From a virus (taxonomy: Duplodnaviria > Caudoviricetes), in the IMG/VR virus record IMGVR_UViG_3300014205_000174: a DNA stretch of 64,000 nucleotides; one strand, given 5' to 3'. The stretch's first letter is position 1; each line of letters opens with the position of its first letter. The notes under the pieces are model-generated. The model worked only from the letters and a program-made list of their open reading frames with translations. It searched no databases and had not been told where the DNA came from. A program made the translations under genes and the position numbers. This document shows, piece after piece, positions 31,613 through 41,182 of the stretch.

Positions 31613-32419
31613 TTATTCTACATTGTATATTTCAAAAACTCTTTGCACTTCTATTACTTCCAGCAGGTTCTCTCCGGCCCACATTACCTTTTCCGGGTAC
31701 TTCCAGTTCTTATAATACTCCACTATCCTGTCAACACCAGCCTCTGTAAAGAAGCGCCTGGACGAATGGTTCCAGAGTTTTTTCTTGATGTCTTTTCTTA
31801 CAAAGGACAAATGGTGCATTTGGCACTCTTCCCTCGCGAATATACGATAGCCGCCGCCGTTGGCCACATTATTCGTCTTACGGGTTGGGTCTATAGGCAC
31901 CTCACACGCAATGTTATATATATACTGCGTGTCAGGTGTTATTTTCTCTATAGTGGCCACATATTCCTGCTCCGGATACTTTAGCCGGTATATTGAATCC
32001 TTGTAGTACTGAAGATGCTGGCAGTAGCCCGTTGCATAATTACCTCGCTCCATTTCTTCTTTCATGAACCGGAACTGCTCGTCAGTATAAAACTCATCGC
32101 AGTCTATGGTTAGATGATGAGTGCACCCAACCTCCCTAGATATCTCCAGCCCGATGTTGCGCTTCTTGGTCTCATTCAGGGAGGCATTTTCCCCGCCGGT
32201 GTTCTGAATGTCTGGTTCATAGATATGCAGCCTGTCGATAAGCCCCTCATCGCGCAGTCTCCGCAATAAAGGCTCAAGGCCCTCATTACACTGTTCGCCA
32301 TGGTTGGATATCTTCTGGTAGACCACAGATACATAGTTTACATTATTACGAATACTCTTTATCGAGTGCTCTAATAATTCTTCGCCGTCGAAAAGGCTGT
32401 ATGAGGCACCAAGTTTCAT
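31613..32419 (-). CDS. putative GT-A glycosyltransferase
   Basis: ETKKRN.GL, TIDCDEFY, MHHLSFVR. Confidence 0.6.
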   Translation of the reverse strand: MKLGASYSLFDGEELLEHSIKSIRNNVNYVSVVYQKISNHGEQCNEGLEPLLRRLRDEGLIDRLHIYEPDIQNTGGENASLNETKKRNIGLEISREVGCTHHLTIDCDEFYTDEQFRFMKEEMERGNYATGYCQHLQYYKDSIYRLKYPEQEYVATIEKITPDTQYIYNIACEVPIDPTRKTNNVANGGGYRIFAREECQMHHLSFVRKDIKKKLWNHSSRRFFTEAGVDRIVEYYKNWKYPEKVMWAGENLLEVIEVQRVFEIYNVE

Positions 32420-32497
32420 GTATGTTTTGTTTAATGTTTAAATTTATTCGGGAACTTTTGTCTCTGTGTCGTCAGGGGAAACGCTATTGGCCGGGAC

Positions 32498-33601
32498 TTA
32501 CGGCTTCGATAATTCAAGCCTGGGGTAAACATTAATAGTCACTTCCGTTTCAGGGAGCAGGTCGAATTCCAGTCTCGATAATCCATCCATCCGGTAGTTG
32601 TAGATGATGTTGTTAACGCCATTAGCTATGTCTACCGCCGTACCATCATCACAAACCAGCCTTTGATACGAATCTTTTTTGTTTATAATCCGACTTTTGT
32701 ACTGTCCACAACTATCCGCTGTGACATATGTGACTTGTTGAACCAATTGCAGTTTATTTGCGGATGTCAATTGCGTAAAGACAACATCAAACGGCCTGAC
32801 ATTGGAGTTATTAAGGATTTCATGATAACTCCTTCTTGAATCATTCGATGATATCGTACTCAATACTACCCCTTCTTTGGTTTTAACCGTGATGCCATTT
32901 GCATCATTGGCAACAAGAGGAGAATTATTATATAGCGCTGTCACAGCATGAAAAATACGGAAATCTTTAATCACTTTATTTGAATGATTCTGCACACAAA
33001 TAGAATATGGAATCCCTAGACTTTTCACATCTGCGGCATGCTGCATCACTGGTGGCATATCTAGCAACTCACTGTCTTCCTGAATATCCGCAAGCGTTAC
33101 AATAACCTCCGAGTTCGCCAAGACGCCGTCAAATCTTAACGAAATCCATACATATGGAGTGACGTCAATCTTCACCCCAACAACTTTTTTACTGTTTTGA
33201 GGAGCGGTATTAATCCTGTTGAATGTCGTTGGGGCAGCACCTGCATTATTGCTCCCAGCCATACTTGAGTCGATTGATTCAAATACCGGTAACACGTGAC
33301 GAATGTCCTGGTCGGCCTCAACGCCAACGTCATACCTATGTATAAGGCGATAAGGAATTGCCTTATCAATTATTAAATTGCAGTGAAATGCGCGGCCTTG
33401 ACAAAGCGCTATAAGCGCCTCAAAAGACAAGCCTTCTATATCAGATTCTATAATTATCCCGTCTTTATTCTGATTAACAATGTCTGTATCCCAGGCCGAT
33501 TCGTCTATAGCCATGTTATACAAGGCCAGTGTCACGTCATTAATATCCCTATCCGTAGTGTTTCTGATTTTGAACCGAAGTTCTTTTGGTAAGTTTTGCA
33601 T
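32498..33601 (-). CDS. hypothetical protein, probably two homologous halves
   Basis: FKIRNTT..DI / CVQNHS..VI and LRFDGVLANSEV / LEFDLLPETEV. Confidence 0.65.
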   Translation of the reverse strand: MQNLPKELRFKIRNTTDRDINDVTLALYNMAIDESAWDTDIVNQNKDGIIIESDIEGLSFEALIALCQGRAFHCNLIIDKAIPYRLIHRYDVGVEADQDIRHVLPVFESIDSSMAGSNNAGAAPTTFNRINTAPQNSKKVVGVKIDVTPYVWISLRFDGVLANSEVIVTLADIQEDSELLDMPPVMQHAADVKSLGIPYSICVQNHSNKVIKDFRIFHAVTALYNNSPLVANDANGITVKTKEGVVLSTISSNDSRRSYHEILNNSNVRPFDVVFTQLTSANKLQLVQQVTYVTADSCGQYKSRIINKKDSYQRLVCDDGTAVDIANGVNNIIYNYRMDGLSRLEFDLLPETEVTINVYPRLELSKP

Positions 33602-33638
33602 GCTTGGTTTGTTTTAAGATTTAAACTATTTTTTTTAT

Positions 33639-33794
33639 TTACTTCACTTTATCCCTTCCTGGATAATCATCCAGGAAAACTAAAATATTGTCAATGTTAT
33701 CAATCCTTTCTGCATTATCGGTAAGTTGCGCCTGTATTATCTTCTTCTCCTCCCCGCGCAGAAAATAGTCTTCGTCAAATCTGTTTTTACCCAT
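33639..33794 (-). CDS. small hypothetical protein (MGKNRFDEDY..., 51 aa)
   Basis: 3-prime part of the tracked 174-aa ORF, outside the array. Confidence 0.45.
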   Translation of the reverse strand: MGKNRFDEDYFLRGEEKKIIQAQLTDNAERIDNIDNILVFLDDYPGRDKVK

Positions 33795-33902
33795 TGTGTG
33801 TGATGTGATTTTTATGAATTCACTTTCCTTGTTTGTTGCACCTACTTTTTCATGCTTTAATTTCGTCTCCTTACCAAGGATAGTCAGGTAAGAGAGCGCA
33901 GT

Positions 33903-34190
33903 GTTGTAACTACCTTTTGAATGACCTGCAATTATAGTATTGCGACTTATTGTCTGGTTACTTAGTTCTAAAGGGTTGTAACTACCTTTTAAATTACCGA
34001 CTCTCACAACTAAATTTACCGCCAGGGGTTTTATTGTCCAGTTGTAACTACCTTTCAAATTAGGGCCTGCTACAACACATATTTTAATTGCCTGTTTGCA
34101 ATAGTAGTTGTAACTACCTTTCAAATTAGGGCCTTTTACAACTACTGACAGGGTAGCTATCATCTATCAGTTGCAACTACAACTACCTTA
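33903..34190 (-). CRISPR. mini CRISPR array 3 (half repeat, three full 36-nt repeats, one degenerate)
   Basis: Repeats at 34107-34142, 34041-34076, 33975-34010 and 33903-33938, e.g. GTTGTAAAAGGCCCTAATTTGAAAGGTAGTTACAAC; spacers 27-30 nt. Confidence 0.9.
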
Positions 34191-34295
34191 AAAGGCAAAT
34201 ATTTTAAAAAATAAAAAAAGTATTCGGGAGTGGCTAATAATCCCTCCCGCCAAGGACGTACAACCGCCCCACAAAATATTATGTCAAAGAACTTA
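34170..34295 (-). ncRNA. tracr/omegaRNA-like scaffold, copy 3
   Basis: Near-identical to 59107-59232 and 59694-59818; differences fall in the CGGGAG/CTCCCG loop and the linker. Confidence 0.8.
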
Positions 34296-34306
34296 GTTTA
34301 CTATAA

Positions 34307-35151
34307 TTACTGCCACTTCGACCGCCCGTATGTCTGAATCAATCTCATGGCCTTTTCTTCCATCCTGCTGATGCCCCTGCTACACGTATTCCTGTATTTG
34401 TTTCTGCACCTTTTTACGTAATAATGAAGCACTGACAGTAAGCTATAATTTTCACCTTTGCGAATACCTGCAATAGTCATGTTGTAGGCATTTATAAAGT
34501 TCCGCCACTGGCCCCGCATTATCATACTGCGGCAAATCTCCCGGCCTTCTATTTTTACTATTTGCGATATCTCCTTCGTAGTTATTACTGATAAGAACTT
34601 TCGTTTTCCTTACACTCAACACATACCTCAAACTCCTCGCTCATGTCCGACCGGACATTCCAGAAACCGCACCTTACGCACCGGTAAACAGCCGCCTTTA
34701 TCGCCTCGTGCTCCTGTTCGGTTAAAATGCCTATACCGTATCCTGGGTATACACTGTCAATAGCCTGGCTAATGCCATCCGTGGTTTGCGGCAATTGCTT
34801 GATGACCGCATTTACGTCAAAATTCGCTGGGCGCGTAATATTATGCTGCATAGTGTGTGATTTAAACAGAGAAAGAATTGCATGCAATCAAGCCAGAAGC
34901 TACTTCATCTCCGGCCAATCCCAATATCCCAACTGCCCCTGCTTCCAGTTTGATTTATGCGGCACATTTTCAACATAATTTACAGGGTCATTATAATTCG
35001 GGAGCAGCACGTGCAAATCAAGAAAAATGTCGGTAGAATCACTCGACACCGTGGCCGGAAATTTTACAAAGCCATTATTTTCGGATGGCGAACAATCCAT
35101 TGGAAAATAATGCACGGCCCTGCCGCATGTTGGAATTTTTACTTCACTCAT
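34307..35151 (-). other. three small hypothetical genes (34307-34525, 34585-34851 with CxxC...CxxC, 34900-35151)
   Basis: ORFs in the minus-strand operon upstream of cassette 3. Confidence 0.55.
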
Positions 35152-35194
35152 AGTTGGTTTGTTTTTCGATTTAAAATTAATAAATATATTTTAC

Positions 35195-35473
35195 TTAAGC
35201 AAAATCATTGTGCTTTGTCGGGGTCATTATTTCGTCAATCAGCTCATTCTGCATGGCGTACTTGCAAAATGTACATCCATGCACCCTTGTAGTTACTCCA
35301 TTGTTATAAAAATCAAGTATACCGTCAATATCACACAGCTTGAATTGGTCATTAACCCTGTATAGATTCTCTGGCGAAAGCTCTGCGCTGGGACAAACGT
35401 ATACATTTCCGTCCGTAAATACAAAAGGCTTTACCATATGCATGTAGCAGTTATGGTTCTTCCTTTCTCCCTT
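35195..35473 (-). pseudogene. probable C-terminal (SPASM-like) remnant of a radical SAM protein
   Basis: KGERKNHNCYMHMVKPFVFTDGNVYVCP...CTFCKY, with no N-terminal CxxxCxxC domain in frame. Confidence 0.45.
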
Positions 35474-35617
35474 TTAGACTTGATAACATCAACATTCAAC
35501 CTTTCAGCTATCCCAGCAAGATAAGCGGTGTCATAACGATAAATGTCAATTGACTTTAGCGTCTGTAGGCTAATATTCGAAATGTATACTATCGCTAGGT
35601 CTACTGTTTTCATGCGT

Positions 35618-35971
35618 TTAAGTTGTTGGTGTGGTTTTTGAATTATCGATTACATTAATGTCCAAATAAAAATCCGCCCAGATATTCATCGTGTATACAA
35701 CTCTCCCGTTCGGCTTGTCGTAATGAGGAACAGTGTGACTGTCCTTAAATGGATTGTCTGTAAAGCAACCAGATAATGCCGCAACCATTTCCTCTACCGG
35801 CCTAGCGTCTTCCGTCCAGGGCATAGCCATAATATCCATATCACTTGACAGGCTGCCGTGCAGACCCAACGCCCAACCACAATCAAGGGCAGCCTTTCGT
35901 AAGTCCTCAAAGATGCATGCATAAAATGCAGCCTTGCCATTGGTTACTATATGCTCCCTGCTTTTTGCCAT
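35618..35971 (-). CDS. hypothetical protein, minimal nucleotidyltransferase-like
   Basis: LHGSLSSDMDIMAMPW. Confidence 0.55.
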   Translation of the reverse strand: MAKSREHIVTNGKAAFYACIFEDLRKAALDCGWALGLHGSLSSDMDIMAMPWTEDARPVEEMVAALSGCFTDNPFKDSHTVPHYDKPNGRVVYTMNIWADFYLDINVIDNSKTTPTT

Positions 35972-35972
35972 A

Positions 35973-36560
35973 CTATTTTTCCCAGCCTAACTTTTTAGCC
36001 GTATTATTGAAAATATCTACAACCTGGTCAGATAAATTGAACCGCACTTGGTTTTTGATAATAGAAAGATAAATATCGCCATTGTCATGTCTTTCGCTGG
36101 CAGCTTTCCAGTCGAAAAACATTTCAATAAGGTCGAACAAGTCAAACCCATTCACGCCATTTTTATAATGCTCCGGGTGGTGGCTGTTATTGGCGTAATG
36201 ATGGTCTAGTGCGACTTTAAGTTCTTTGAGAAACCCTAAGTACTCCTCGCTACCATACGTAGCCCCTGCTAGCTTTGGCGTCCAGACATCAAACAACTCT
36301 TTTTCCGGGCTCGTTAGCTTGGAGTCATCGTGACACCCCGCACGCTTCAGTAATTCACCGGCGGCACCTGACAACAACTGGGCCACGCGCTTAATGTGCA
36401 GCATCGTATCTATCCTGCTGTCATAAACAAGCTCCACTTTCTCTAACTGCTCAAATGAGTGCTGCACAATAGCCCTGTCTGGCATGGATTGAGCCCATGC
36501 ATCCCAATACGTCTCAGCCGTGTAAATTTTATTCGTTTTTTTGTCTATGCGGTATTCCAT
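35973..36560 (-). CDS. DUF5662 family (HD-like) protein
   Basis: HDDSKL...HHY.NN.HHPEHY...EM..DW.AAS.R. Confidence 0.8.
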   Translation of the reverse strand: MEYRIDKKTNKIYTAETYWDAWAQSMPDRAIVQHSFEQLEKVELVYDSRIDTMLHIKRVAQLLSGAAGELLKRAGCHDDSKLTSPEKELFDVWTPKLAGATYGSEEYLGFLKELKVALDHHYANNSHHPEHYKNGVNGFDLFDLIEMFFDWKAASERHDNGDIYLSIIKNQVRFNLSDQVVDIFNNTAKKLGWEK

Positions 36561-36561
36561 T

Positions 36562-36849
36562 CTAAATCAGTTGGTTTTTAGCATGTGCCGAAGCGGCCTC
36601 ATCCTGGTCTCTTAATATTTTCAAACTTAGATTGTAGTCCTTAAACTTATTGTACAGCGTTCGCTCTGTGATACCGAGCTCATTGGCAATAAACGCAACA
36701 TCTTTGGTCGGGTGCCGCTTGAATGCACGCTGAATGGTGTCACACTCCATTCGCGCAAGGTTAAGCTTACCGTCACCAAAAGCATAGTAGTCGCCCTTGA
36801 TTCGACGATTTTCTACTACCGGAGTTCGACCGCTTACTGATTCCAACAA
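36562..36849 (-). CDS. stand-alone Fis/NtrC-type HTH (HTH_8) protein
   Basis: LNLARMECDTIQRAF....A.ELGITERTLYNKFKDYNL, like the C-terminal HTH of sigma54 activators. Confidence 0.75.
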   Translation of the reverse strand: MLESVSGRTPVVENRRIKGDYYAFGDGKLNLARMECDTIQRAFKRHPTKDVAFIANELGITERTLYNKFKDYNLSLKILRDQDEAASAHAKNQLI

Positions 36850-36872
36850 GATTTATTATTTAATAATTATGC

Positions 36873-36889
36873 TGCAATAATCGTGCCGG
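36873..36889 (-). promoter_or_regulatory. sigma54-type promoter
   Basis: CCGGCACGATTATTGCA directly upstream of the Fis-like HTH gene. Confidence 0.7.
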
Positions 36890-36900
36890 ATTTTAACATT

Positions 36901-37092
36901 TTAACCAGTAGATTCAATATATTCAATGTCTTTTTTAGGAATTGAGTCTATGGTCTTGTAGCTCTTGCTGCGGGCTCGGTGCGTGTAGCAATAGAAACCG
37001 TTCTTGTCCTGCGCAACAGAGACGCCTTTAGCCTTTGCTGTCTTTGCCAGGAACTTCGGAGTTTTCGAAACTGTTTTATGTGCTTTGCTCAT
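36901..37092 (-). CDS. small basic hypothetical protein
   Basis: 63-aa ORF. Confidence 0.6.
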   Translation of the reverse strand: MSKAHKTVSKTPKFLAKTAKAKGVSVAQDKNGFYCYTHRARSKSYKTIDSIPKKDIEYIESTG

Positions 37093-37121
37093 AAGCGTAT
37101 TATTGAATAGAAAAATGAAAC

Positions 37122-37757
37122 CTACTTTATAAGCCAGCCGTACTCCGCTTCCGCATTCAGAATATCACTAAACCCGGAGCGCTGTGTAACTATTGGCGTG
37201 GGTGCGCTGAAGCAATAGACATTGTGTATTTTTTGCAACTGCTCATAATAAACATCCAGCGGGCTTTGCGCGGGAGTTATTTTATCAATAATAGGCTGAT
37301 ACATTTGCGACCTGATTCCAATGCAGTGCGTGGAATAGGTGCTGTGTATCCGCAGCACCTTGTCATTAATGACATGCGGAGGCATAACACCTACAACATG
37401 CCCATTATGATTACCGGAGAAATAGACCATGTCCCAATTGGCAGGAAGCGCTTCAAAATAATCTGCAATTTTACTGAGCTCATGGCTGAATACAATATCG
37501 TCCTCCAGTATAAGGATATATTTATGATTTTTCGCCTTCGCGTCTTCCAGTATGCTGATATTTGTCTTCACAAGGCCCACAGCACCCAGAGAAAGCGTAT
37601 GCCCCTGGTTGGCAAGCGTATTGCCATCAACAGCAGAAACGCGCGTGACGATGATTTTATGTTTTAATACCTCTTCGTATACCTGCAACCACCGGTCTGT
37701 CCTCCGGTCAAGGTTAATCAGGTATATCTCATCGAATAATGAATTCAGTCTGTGCAT
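37122..37757 (-). CDS. GT25-family glycosyltransferase
   Basis: YLINLDRRTDR, SAVDG, LILEDD, QRSGFSDI. Confidence 0.88.
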   Translation of the reverse strand: MHRLNSLFDEIYLINLDRRTDRWLQVYEEVLKHKIIVTRVSAVDGNTLANQGHTLSLGAVGLVKTNISILEDAKAKNHKYILILEDDIVFSHELSKIADYFEALPANWDMVYFSGNHNGHVVGVMPPHVINDKVLRIHSTYSTHCIGIRSQMYQPIIDKITPAQSPLDVYYEQLQKIHNVYCFSAPTPIVTQRSGFSDILNAEAEYGWLIK

Positions 37758-37990
37758 GAGTAAACGGATTAAAAATTGTCGGCAGCATCGTGGCCCTGGG
37801 CAATACTTCCGGGATTATATGACTTTGAGCTATTCTTATGAACAGATACGACAGCTACGCTTACAATAGCTATCAATAAAACCACTACCAGCAAGTCCGA
37901 CCGTCCCTCTTTAGATAATTTAATGTCCATGATTCAAATTTTACATAAAGATACTGATTACGGATAAAAATAACATCAACTACATTGTTT

Positions 37991-38203
37991 CTATGGTACC
38001 GTCAATAAGCTTGTTGTGTAAGTCTGACCAAAACTAATGCTTTCAATGTCTCCTGCGTCCGCCCATGCGGTCAGTACCGCTTGGGCAAAACCGGGGAATT
38101 GCTTTGCAGAAGTTCTACTATGTAGCTGCTGGAATTTTTCTAAAGCAGCATTACGCGTGTAATCGTCGGCTATAGTCTCAATCCATTGTTTTATTGTTTT
38201 CAT
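37991..38203 (-). CDS. hypothetical protein, tandem paralogue of 38270-38518, possibly frameshifted
   Basis: MKTIKQWIETIADDYTRNAALEK versus MKTLKEWIELIADDYTRTAALEK. Confidence 0.65.
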   Translation of the reverse strand: MKTIKQWIETIADDYTRNAALEKFQQLHSRTSAKQFPGFAQAVLTAWADAGDIESISFGQTYTTSLLTVP

Positions 38204-38269
38204 CGAATGATTTCTGGTCAAATGTAATTATTAGTTTGTTTCAAAACAAATAGTTTGCTTTAAAACAAA

Positions 38270-38518
38270 CTAAAACTGCTGGAATAACACTATGATGCCT
38301 TTGTCATAGTCGCTTTTCATTTTAGACCAAAAATTCACACTCTCATTGGATTCCACCTGAGCCCATGTGAAAGCACGCAACAGGGACTGGTCAAAGCTGG
38401 CGACTTCTATTTTCGCCACACCGGCATTTCGGTCATCGAGCTTCTTAAGCTTCTCCAACGCGGCAGTGCGCGTATAATCATCGGCTATAAGCTCAATCCA
38501 TTCCTTTAGAGTTTTCAT
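38270..38518 (-). CDS. hypothetical protein, tandem paralogue
   Basis: See previous entry; upstream regions are duplicated too. Confidence 0.7.
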   Translation of the reverse strand: MKTLKEWIELIADDYTRTAALEKLKKLDDRNAGVAKIEVASFDQSLLRAFTWAQVESNESVNFWSKMKSDYDKGIIVLFQQF

Positions 38519-38585
38519 CGATAATGATTGATTGTCAAATGCAATTATTAGTTTGCTTTAAAACAAACGAAAGTAAATCAGGCGC

Positions 38586-40436
38586 TTAATAGACCTCGGG
38601 AAACTCCCGTACTGCAAATTCTTCGGGGAATTCGTTGATATCACTACCATGCCGCACTTTCATGCCCATTTTCTTACCAAGGTAAGTGCCCATCTGTTTT
38701 ATAAACACAGGCACGCCGGCTCTTTTACATTGCTGGATAATCTCGCCTATCCAATGACCCTCACAGGGCCGATATCCCCACTTGCCTATCTCGTTGCCGC
38801 TCTCCCCGCCAACAATAACCCAATGAATAAGCGTATAAATGCCTACATAGCCATGACCCCAGTCTTTTGGCGCGGTACCCAGCAGGCCCAAGTTAAGCGG
38901 GCTTAATAATGGCTCACAACTCAGGAAGCGGACTTTCGCCGGTACCTGGCATAGTAATGGCACCCTTTCCTCTGCACGTTCCTGATTCTCCACACTGGTG
39001 CCAAGCCATACATTTTCCCAACCATCACCCCAGTCCGCCGGTAAGTGTTCTAGAATTCGCTCCGGATGCTTTGTGAGTATTTGAAAGATAAGATGAGGAC
39101 ACTTGCGGATAATGTCCCAGGCCTCATGCCTAAAGGAATCAATTTCCGGGTGAAAGAAATCGGTGAGTGACGATGTAAACACCAGTGGCCTGCCACCCCA
39201 TGCCTCAGACTTAGTGCCCTTGTACTTCAGGGGCATATTGAATGTCGCAGGAGCCGTTCTTTTCACAATGCGACCATCATACTTAAACCTGTCACCCTCA
39301 CGCATCATATAGCAATTGTGAACTATAAATCCATTAGCTACAAATGTTTTTGAAGAGGTCTGTATATCAATCAACTCAGTTTCCCCAATATATTTTATGC
39401 CGTAAATAATTTGGTGGTTGGTAGCGGTTCTTTGGCCAGTAACAATGCAGTTTCTTAATAATGCCGGAGTAACTGTTGTAAAAAAATTTACTTTTTCAAC
39501 CAACCCACCGTGAAGAGTAAACACATTGCTAGCATAGCTGTATTTAAACCCCAGTTTATCCAGGCTTTTTGATATATTATCAACTACTTCCTTATTTGCG
39601 ACTACACCCTGAGCAATTCTTAAGGCATTAGTTCTTAATTTTTCGCGTTTTTTGGATTTATACGTACTCATATTCCCCTCTGCGTCAAACATTCCGGAAA
39701 TATAGCCCCTATGCCAATCTATGTCGTCTGTTGGATTATTATAACATTCCAATATTTTACTCAAAACTGGCTGGCTGCGGCTCTCAACTTTATTTATTTT
39801 AGTTTGCCCCTCCTCCGCACTAAATTCCTTTATGTCAAGCACCATATTGAACAATACTTTACAATATAGTACCACCCTGTCAAGTATTACTGTATCACAC
39901 AAAGCAATACGCCAATAACACTGTGGCGATTCCTTCTTCCATACGCTACCCCAGTCCGGACTATATTTGAATGTGCCATCTCCGTCAGTGACGCCAGCGA
40001 TATACCCTTTCATAAAAGTCTCAGTTATTGAATTCCCCTCGTATACATTCAATACATTAAGCTTCGTTTTTGAAACTTTGAGCAGGCTTAACGTCTTCCA
40101 TGGATTTCTTATTCCCAGAGAAAGGAATGGGTGGTCTTCGCTACACACAATTGTTCTGCCATTAGCTATACTTATTTCGAAAGCTGGCTTTACCACGCGA
40201 GATATCGCTTCAACGGTTGCGATTTCAAATTCTCTATATTGATTCGAAGCGTATTCCTGCACGGAAAAAACCTTGTCCCCTACTTGCAGCTCTGACATTT
40301 TTTTCCTTGTATAGTCCGCCATCAATATTATACTATCAGGGTGCAAGCAATTTTTACACCCTTCACTTTTGGGCGTACATCCCCTTGCAAGGTTATAAGT
40401 GATGTCTGTCCACGGTATGTTGGTTCTTGTTCCCAT
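38586..40436 (-). CDS. DUF5131 (phage Gp37/Gp68) protein containing an intein
   Basis: IPWTD.TYN..GC...SEGCKN/CY; SSLTDFFH, QILTK, VWLGTSVE, FLSCEPLL, WVIVGGESG, FIKQMG. Confidence 0.93.
   Translation of the reverse strand: MGTRTNIPWTDITYNLARGCTPKSEGCKNCLHPDSIILMADYTRKKMSELQVGDKVFSVQEYASNQYREFEIATVEAISRVVKPAFEISIANGRTIVCSEDHPFLSLGIRNPWKTLSLLKVSKTKLNVLNVYEGNSITETFMKGYIAGVTDGDGTFKYSPDWGSVWKKESPQCYWRIALCDTVILDRVVLYCKVLFNMVLDIKEFSAEEGQTKINKVESRSQPVLSKILECYNNPTDDIDWHRGYISGMFDAEGNMSTYKSKKREKLRTNALRIAQGVVANKEVVDNISKSLDKLGFKYSYASNVFTLHGGLVEKVNFFTTVTPALLRNCIVTGQRTATNHQIIYGIKYIGETELIDIQTSSKTFVANGFIVHNCYMMREGDRFKYDGRIVKRTAPATFNMPLKYKGTKSEAWGGRPLVFTSSLTDFFHPEIDSFRHEAWDIIRKCPHLIFQILTKHPERILEHLPADWGDGWENVWLGTSVENQERAEERVPLLCQVPAKVRFLSCEPLLSPLNLGLLGTAPKDWGHGYVGIYTLIHWVIVGGESGNEIGKWGYRPCEGHWIGEIIQQCKRAGVPVFIKQMGTYLGKKMGMKVRHGSDINEFPEEFAVREFPEVY
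39315..40349 (-). mobile_element. 345-aa intein with LAGLIDADG homing endonuclease
   Basis: Begins CLHPDS, block B CSEDHPF, GYIAGVTDGDG and GYISGMFDAEG, ends FVANGFIVHN followed by Cys+1. Confidence 0.93.
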
Positions 40437-40445
40437 TACAATAAA

Positions 40446-40962
40446 TTATGGCAATGAATTCATATGTTTTTCTATTATTTTCGCCGCATCTTCAATATCG
40501 CACGACATGGAGTCGTAACCAATGATTGATTTTACGAAAACTCCGACCCGGCCTACGCCGCATTTTTTTGCCGCATCAAGCTGCTTTAAAATAGCCTGTG
40601 CGTCCGTCCTGACCTCTATTGCATGTATGTATATTTCCATGTTTTTTGGAGTGTGTTTTATGAGCCGAATAATTGAGCTATTCGGCTCGCTTTACTTCTT
40701 TAGTCTTCTTATTAGGCCCTGGCTTCGGTTTCTTCATCAAATGGATTTCGGCAACGACCTCCCCCTCCAGCGTAACCGACAATATGTTTTCGTCTCCCTT
40801 CAACTGCGCCGCTGTCCATTCCATAATAGCTATCAGAAACTCAGGCCTGGTAATTTCTGCCCTGTCGTCAGACATAGTCCACTTGTTTCGCTTGGAATCC
40901 TTAGCAATGTACACGCTTCCAGAAAGTGGCGACACTAATAGTTTGTAATCTTTAGCACTCAT
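40446..40962 (-). other. two small hypothetical genes (40446-40640, 40678-40962)
   Basis: ORFs in operon. Confidence 0.55.
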
Positions 40963-41182
40963 ACTTTTTTTTTACAATGTTTTTAAAAAGGCTTTTGCAC
41001 TTTCCCACGCCTGCGGCTCCGTCCGGCCCTTCCCGGCTTTCTTTTTATGTTTCTTACCAGGTGGCATATAGTAGATGTTGTATTCACCGTTTATTACTCT
41101 GCACTCCGCACTGGGAGCCATACTTATTACAACGTCTTTGGTAGTCATTAATATTTTATGGTTTATAACTGTTTACCTGATA

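Noticed and set aside
33639-34163. 174-aa ORF with repeated GPNLKGSYN peptides
   Set aside because: The peptide repeats are the translated 66-nt CRISPR period; only the last ~51 codons plausibly encode a protein
35444-35455. HNC sequence as an intein C-terminus
   Set aside because: No intein blocks upstream; it fits better as part of a radical SAM C-terminal remnant
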